Below, piece after piece: positions 59,142 to 64,000 of a stretch of 64,000 bases of DNA (positions are counted from its first letter, which is position 1; each line of letters opens with the position of its first letter). Both the position numbers and the translations under genes were made by a program. Location: the IMG/VR virus record IMGVR_UViG_3300044972_002389, positions 124,001 through 188,000 of that record. One strand, 5' to 3'. The notes below the pieces were generated by a model. The model worked only from the letters and a program-made list of their open reading frames with translations. It did no database searches and was not told where the DNA came from.

Positions 59142-59408
59142 ATGAGCAAAAATCCCACTTCCAACCAAATCATCTCTTGGGTCAAAGCCGAAGCGCAAGC
59201 TCGCCTAGACAATGCTGGTTATTCTGGACGTTATGATGATGGTGGATACGGCGCTCTGCTGCGTGAGGTAGAGGCTTATCAAGCCGGCCAGGCCGGCACA
59301 GTGCCAGGCTCTTGGGAACCCATCATTGAGAAACATGTTCGGCAGCAGGATGCTGAGTATCAAGAGTATCTCAGGCTAGCCAACAAGTTTGGTCCACCAA
59401 AAAATTAA
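59142..59408 (+). CDS. hypothetical protein
   Basis: GAGG RBS. Confidence 0.7.
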   Translation: MSKNPTSNQIISWVKAEAQARLDNAGYSGRYDDGGYGALLREVEAYQAGQAGTVPGSWEPIIEKHVRQQDAEYQEYLRLANKFGPPKN

Positions 59409-59411
59409 GGC

Positions 59412-59439
59412 TAGACATAAAACAGCATCCTGCTATAAT
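59412..59439 (+). promoter_or_regulatory. sigma70-type early promoter
   Basis: TAGACA-N16-TATAAT preceded by TGC. Confidence 0.75.
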
Positions 59440-59466
59440 GCCCACATAGAGAAAAGGAACCCAGCC

Positions 59467-60141
59467 GTGAGTGACGAAATTGATCGCTTGCTGAAGTTTG
59501 ACCCACTGGACACAGCTGAGCGCATGCTGGGCCGCAACAATCCCGATAGTGTCAACCTTGGTATGGCGCTGCACGTCAGCCACAACCAGCGCAAGCAAAG
59601 GGCTCTAGAGGAGTTGGGCGACACCACCTTCAGCAACCGGCTGGTTCGCTACCAGGAGATCATCACCCTCATGGGTTTTGAGTTGGCGCTGGAGCTGCCC
59701 TTTGTGGTACGGGGATACGACAGCACTGATCCCGATCGTGAAGAACGCTATTTCATCTACGCTCACCGGGACGGGCTGCTGCTGTGTTTCGACACCTTCT
59801 GCGGTGACCATGTGAACGGTGCAAAAGTCTACTACAACTGGATTCCTCACAGCGGCACAGACCGTTGGTGCTACACCAGCAGCGGGCATTTTGAGGGCTA
59901 TGTAGACCAGGAAAATCCCGGTGTGTGGTGTGGCGACCATGATGCTCGCGAGGCACTGCGCCACAAGATCCAAGGCCTGCAGAGTGCTGGCGATCTCCTG
60001 CCCCAGTGGAGGCATCGTCCTTGGCTTTGGTTGCTGCACTACCAGGACACCAAGGACACCAACTACGATCATGCAGCCATCACCCAGAGCCGTATCAAGA
60101 TGTGCCCCGAGTGGGTGCAAAACATGATTGGCGCAGTATGA
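59467..60141 (+). CDS. hypothetical protein
   Basis: AAGGA RBS, GTG start. Confidence 0.75.
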   Translation: MSDEIDRLLKFDPLDTAERMLGRNNPDSVNLGMALHVSHNQRKQRALEELGDTTFSNRLVRYQEIITLMGFELALELPFVVRGYDSTDPDREERYFIYAHRDGLLLCFDTFCGDHVNGAKVYYNWIPHSGTDRWCYTSSGHFEGYVDQENPGVWCGDHDAREALRHKIQGLQSAGDLLPQWRHRPWLWLLHYQDTKDTNYDHAAITQSRIKMCPEWVQNMIGAV

Positions 60142-60172
60142 AGCAGCACACGTTGATCTACTGAAAAAGTCC

Positions 60173-60201
60173 TAGACACAACTCAGCAACCTTGCTATAG
60201 T
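60173..60201 (+). promoter_or_regulatory. sigma70-type early promoter
   Basis: TAGACA-N17-TATAGT preceded by TGC. Confidence 0.7.
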
Positions 60202-60229
60202 CACACAACAGTTGAAAGAAACACACCCT

Positions 60230-62206
60230 ATGACAGCTGATTTCCCCAGCTTCAGCACTGCTGTAGCCAATCGAGTCAAGAGCCTCAGCCAGCATGAGCT
60301 GTATGTGGTAGAGGGTATTGACCTCTTCACCAGCTACCTGCTGAGTTTTCCCGAGGGCACTGACCCCATGTTCCGGGTTCGCACCACGCATGACTGCTCT
60401 TGCTGCAAGAACTTTGTGCGCAACATGGGCGGTGTGGTGGCTATCGTCAACGGCCGCAAGGAAAGCGTGTGGAGCGTTCCCAACCTCCCCGAGCCCTATG
60501 CCACTGTGGCTGCGGCCATGGATGCACTAGTGCAACAGCTTCCCATCAAAAGCGTGTTCCGCACCAAGGAAACTCGCTTTGGTGCCTCACACACCTATGA
60601 CAGTGACAACCGACGCTGGGACCACTTCCATGCTGAGGTGGCAACTCGTCACCGCTGTGCTCGTCCCGACGAAGAGCGAGGCAGCATCAACACCACTGCT
60701 CAAGTGCTGCGTCGCGGCCTAGACACCTTGGGTGACGACACCTTCCAGACAGTGCTGGACCTCATCGACAGCAACGCCCTCTACCGTGGTAGTGAGCACC
60801 GTCGAGCTGTGCAGGAGTTTCAAAGCCTCCAGCGTGCCTACCGTGCCTCAGGTGACGGCAGCCTGCATGTGTGGAGCAACGTCGGCAACCCTGTGGCACG
60901 CTTTCGCAACACGGTGATTGGCACGCTGATCCAGGACCTCAGTGATGGTGTGGACCTCGAGCGTGCCGTGCGCGGTTTTGAGCAGAAGGTGGCCCCCACC
61001 AACTACAAGCGCACCACTGCACTCATCACGCCTGCCATGGTCACCAAGGCAGTGGAGAAGTTGCGTGAGCTGGATCTGGAGCGGAGCATCGAGCGGCGGT
61101 TTGCCCGACTGGAAGATGTGAGTGTCAACGACGTGCTGTTTGTGGACAACAGTGTGCAGGCACAGATGCGAGATGGTCTCACCAGCCTGCTCATGGAGGC
61201 AGTCGGCTCAGCGCCGCCCAAGAACGTGAGTGGTGTCACTGGCATCCCGGTGGCTGAGTTTGTGAGCGATGTGCTGCCCAAGGCGCGCCGAGTTGAGGTG
61301 CTGCTGAAGAATCAGCACCTGGGCAACTTTGTGAGCGTGACTGCACCTGTGCATGTGCATGTGGATGCTGGTCGGCTGTTCCGCTGGAACAACGATTTTG
61401 CGTGGAGCTATGATGGCGAGGTCGCAGACAGCATCAAGGCTCGTGTCAAGCGGGCAGGTGGCAACACCAATGCAGCACTCCGAGTGAGTTTGGCCTGGAG
61501 CAACTATGACGACCTTGACATCCATGCTCACTGCCCTGACGGTCACATCTACTACGGCAACCCTGGGCGCATCCTGGACGTGGACATGAATGCAGGCCGA
61601 GGCACCACTCGAGAGCCTGTGGAGAACCTCAGCTGGACTCGTCCGCTTGATGGTGTCTACCGCATTCAGGTCAACCAGTTCAGTCAGCGTGAGACTGACA
61701 ACGTGGGCTTCACACTGGAGATTGAGTGCGAGGGCAAGGTCTCTCAGCTGAGCTATCCACTAGGTGTCAAAGGCACGGTGGACTGCATCACCTTCCAGAT
61801 GGTGCGTGGCGAACTCACTGATCTCAAGATTGTCAACAAGTCAATCCGAGGCGGTGACGTGTCAACCCAGAAGTGGGGTGTGGCTACGGAAAACTTTGTG
61901 CCGGTCAGCACGCTGATGTGCAGTCCCAACCACTGGGAAAACGCAGGCGGTGTGGGCAACCAGCATTGGTTCTTCATCCTGGAAGGCTGCAAGAATCCCG
62001 AGGCCACTCGAGGCATCTACAACGAGTTCCTGCGAGGCGACCTCGAGCCTCATCGCAAGGTGTTTGAGGTGCTAGGCAACAAGACCAAGTGTGCACCCTC
62101 AGATCAGCAACTCAGTGGCGTGGGCTTCTCACGTGGACGCAACGACGAGGTCACTGTGCGAGTCTCAACCAACAACTCAACTCGTGCCTACAACATCATT
62201 TTTTGA
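60230..62206 (+). CDS. large conserved hypothetical phage protein (HDCSCC motif; YfaP/DUF2135-like beta domain)
   Basis: HDCSCCKNF; LRVSLAWSNYDDLDIH...LDVDMN...PVENLSW. Confidence 0.75.
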   Translation: MTADFPSFSTAVANRVKSLSQHELYVVEGIDLFTSYLLSFPEGTDPMFRVRTTHDCSCCKNFVRNMGGVVAIVNGRKESVWSVPNLPEPYATVAAAMDALVQQLPIKSVFRTKETRFGASHTYDSDNRRWDHFHAEVATRHRCARPDEERGSINTTAQVLRRGLDTLGDDTFQTVLDLIDSNALYRGSEHRRAVQEFQSLQRAYRASGDGSLHVWSNVGNPVARFRNTVIGTLIQDLSDGVDLERAVRGFEQKVAPTNYKRTTALITPAMVTKAVEKLRELDLERSIERRFARLEDVSVNDVLFVDNSVQAQMRDGLTSLLMEAVGSAPPKNVSGVTGIPVAEFVSDVLPKARRVEVLLKNQHLGNFVSVTAPVHVHVDAGRLFRWNNDFAWSYDGEVADSIKARVKRAGGNTNAALRVSLAWSNYDDLDIHAHCPDGHIYYGNPGRILDVDMNAGRGTTREPVENLSWTRPLDGVYRIQVNQFSQRETDNVGFTLEIECEGKVSQLSYPLGVKGTVDCITFQMVRGELTDLKIVNKSIRGGDVSTQKWGVATENFVPVSTLMCSPNHWENAGGVGNQHWFFILEGCKNPEATRGIYNEFLRGDLEPHRKVFEVLGNKTKCAPSDQQLSGVGFSRGRNDEVTVRVSTNNSTRAYNIIF

Positions 62207-62219
62207 AAGGACACCCAAC

Positions 62220-62624
62220 ATGAACGATCTTTTTGTTACCGCTTCTCGACAGGCTTGGCGCTTTCCCAGCACTCGTGGCGAGCTCACCACCGAGCAACTG
62301 TGGAGCATGCCACTCCTAGCCAAGAATGGCTTTGACCTCAACTCCGTGGCTCGGGGCCTCAACCAAGAGGTCAAGGACCTAGGCGAGGAAAGCTTTGTGG
62401 AAACACGGAGCAACCCTGCTCGCTCCACTGCTGAAGGCAAGCTGGAACTGGTCAAATCCATCATCGCTGTGCGACAGGAAGAGAACCGGCTGGCCGAGCA
62501 GCGTGCCCAGCGTGCTGTGGAGCGTGCTCGCATCCTGGATGCACTGGCAGCTCGCGAATCCGAAGAGCTCACCAAGGCCAGCAAGGATGAGCTGCTGGCC
62601 CGCCTGGCCCAGCTGGACGGCTGA
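62220..62624 (+). CDS. conserved hypothetical coiled-coil protein, partner of the upstream gene
   Basis: RFPSTRGELTTEQLWSMPL; AAAGGA RBS. Confidence 0.8.
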   Translation: MNDLFVTASRQAWRFPSTRGELTTEQLWSMPLLAKNGFDLNSVARGLNQEVKDLGEESFVETRSNPARSTAEGKLELVKSIIAVRQEENRLAEQRAQRAVERARILDALAARESEELTKASKDELLARLAQLDG

Positions 62625-62630
62625 TTGCTC

Positions 62631-62664
62631 AAGTGAGGGGTGTGACCGTGCCCCTCACTTTTTC
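62631..62664 (+). terminator. Rho-independent terminator
   Basis: AAGTGAGGGG-N10-CCCCTCACTT-TTT. Confidence 0.85.
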
Positions 62665-62666
62665 TC

Positions 62667-62694
62667 TTGACTCAGTCTATGTCTGTGCTACTAT
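62667..62694 (+). promoter_or_regulatory. sigma70-type early promoter
   Basis: TTGACT-N16-TACTAT preceded by TGC. Confidence 0.7.
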
Positions 62695-62721
62695 GCCTAT
62701 TGACACGCAAGAGGTGAGAAC

Positions 62722-63417
62722 GTGAGCCTGATCAACAAGCGTATTGCAGACAGCATCCGACGCTACCCCACTCTTTATCGCTGCCGTACTGATGTGCTGG
62801 AACAGTGGTTTTGTGTGATTGGCAATGGCATGGAATGGCAGGATGGACAGCTAGTGAGCATATTTGACGAGCCACCTTTGCGCACTGTGGAACAGCTGGT
62901 AGCAGAAAACACCAAGTGGATGAGAGAGCGGCTGGAGGAAGATGCCAACGAGATGGATGCCTCTACTTTGGCTCGATATCGTGTGATGATCCAGCAGGAG
63001 AGCATGCGGATTAGGGCCACCGTCGAAAATGCCAATGATCTGGCACTAGTGGAGTGGAGCCACAACACACCGACCAGGCTCAGAGACAGCTTCTCAGCCA
63101 AAAGCATTTATCCTCTCTGTGCCTACAGCCGGATGAGCCAGGTGCCAGATGATGTTGACCCCGAATGGCTTGCAGCAGTGCGTGAGATGATTTTTGTAGT
63201 GTTTCGCAGTGAGCCTGACCAGTATGGATTTGACCCTGAAACCAATGCGAAACAGCACGAGGCCAACATCCAGTTTGCGAGCCAAACTTCGGCTCACTTG
63301 GCTCAACGTTTTGGTGATGGTGGTCGGCCAGCCAGCTATGAATCTTGGTGCTCACGCCAACGGGCATTCAACATCAAGGTCAAGGCAATGATTCAAGACA
63401 TTTTGACAGGAGTGTAA
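62722..63417 (+). CDS. hypothetical protein
   Basis: GAGGTG RBS, GTG start. Confidence 0.75.
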   Translation: MSLINKRIADSIRRYPTLYRCRTDVLEQWFCVIGNGMEWQDGQLVSIFDEPPLRTVEQLVAENTKWMRERLEEDANEMDASTLARYRVMIQQESMRIRATVENANDLALVEWSHNTPTRLRDSFSAKSIYPLCAYSRMSQVPDDVDPEWLAAVREMIFVVFRSEPDQYGFDPETNAKQHEANIQFASQTSAHLAQRFGDGGRPASYESWCSRQRAFNIKVKAMIQDILTGV

Positions 63418-63420
63418 ACC

Positions 63421-63903
63421 GTGCAAGTCAACAGTGATCAATGGTATGTGAAGTGGTTCCTATGGAACTGCAATATTCTGGACCGGTGGCTCAATCCAGG
63501 ATACGCTAGTCGACGAGTAGAGAGGGCTATGAATAAGGGCACCGACCTCTGCACCTTCTTCCGCACAATCCTGCTGGGCACCCTGGTGGCCCTGCTGAAC
63601 TTGGCTGTGTGGGCGTGGGTGGCGTTTGTGATGCTGGTGATGCCCTTCCTGCTGTTCAATGTCACAACGGTGGCCATGACTGTGGGACTTTTTGTTGGTG
63701 TGTTTGCTGCCGCTATGTTGGTGGCAACGGCTGTTGTGGGAGCACCTGAGGCCATCCGGTGGGTGGCAAGAAAGACCAGCAGCGCAGTCAAGAAAGCTCC
63801 TCAGCGTGCGCCCACATTCCTACAGGTGTTTGGGCGCTATCTCATTGGCGTCAAACAGCGTTTTTGCCCCACCATCACCATTAAGGACAACAACAATGAT
63901 TAA
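63421..63903 (+). CDS. membrane protein
   Basis: AGGAG RBS; two to three TM segments; DLCTFFR. Confidence 0.75.
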   Translation: MQVNSDQWYVKWFLWNCNILDRWLNPGYASRRVERAMNKGTDLCTFFRTILLGTLVALLNLAVWAWVAFVMLVMPFLLFNVTTVAMTVGLFVGVFAAAMLVATAVVGAPEAIRWVARKTSSAVKKAPQRAPTFLQVFGRYLIGVKQRFCPTITIKDNNND

Positions 63904-64000
63904 CATCATCCGCAACGGCAGCTTTTTGATCCCCCCAATGGGAGCAGTGGTGGCTGTGGCTGTCACCAGCCTGGCGCTGTTTTTCATGGTCCTAGGCAGC
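63896..64000 (+). CDS. membrane protein, partial
   Basis: AAGGA RBS; MINIIRNG... runs off the window edge. Confidence 0.55.
   Translation, partial: MINIIRNGSFLIPPMGAVVAVAVTSLALFFMVLGS

Noticed and set aside
61350-61364. GTGCAT tandem (VHVHV) in the 658-aa protein
   Set aside because: In-frame 6-bp microduplication with no evident consequence.
1-64000. Stop-codon reassignment (TAG/TGA recoding, seen in some jumbo phages)
   Set aside because: Well-known genes (thyX, ligases, baseplate, the 12-kb ORF) are full length in the standard code and end at TAA, TAG and TGA.
1-64000. tRNA, rRNA or CRISPR loci
   Set aside because: Intergenic gaps are short and occupied by promoters and terminators; no cloverleaf or regular repeat-spacer pattern was seen by eye. 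tRNAscan would be the definitive check.

Overview
A 64-kb slice of a large lytic dsDNA phage genome, most likely a jumbo myovirus of the T4-like superfamily. The basis is gp6/gp25-like baseplate genes, a 4017-aa virion protein, and T4-gp55-style TAAATA late promoters. The layout has three parts. (i) 1-30.4 kb: a + strand accessory/early region of small genes behind about 25 window-wide near-consensus TTGACA-N16/17-(TGC)TAnnnT promoters. It includes two RNA ligases, a PNK-phosphatase, PTH2-like, L7/L12-domain, NUDIX, SPFH, class II aldolase, AAA ATPase, HNH and ThyX genes. (ii) 30.4-48.8 kb: a - strand late structural block. (iii) 48.9-64 kb: another + strand accessory region with PRTase, HD hydrolase, Thg1 and many hypotheticals, plus one lone - strand late gene with ADP-ribosyltransferase-like motifs. 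The most striking signals are five. (1) At least 19 paralogous 60-110 aa Trp-rich genes plus 2 orphan 3' remnants share the motif W[CL]xxx[FW][GP]...FxxxEDxxxFxLTW. They sit in tandem arrays with conserved 3' DNA and variable 5' halves, and two are broken by +1 T in poly-T runs. (2) A ~1.3-kb block of ~70% GC bacterial DNA carrying an intact galE interrupts phage genes on both sides. (3) A displaced, synonymously diverged second copy of the RNA ligase 3' end. (4) A putative virion-packaged, Alt-like ART. (5) A broad RNA-repair/translation-rescue toolkit. An alphaproteobacterial host is a guess only. All protein calls are motif recognition by eye; no database searches were run.
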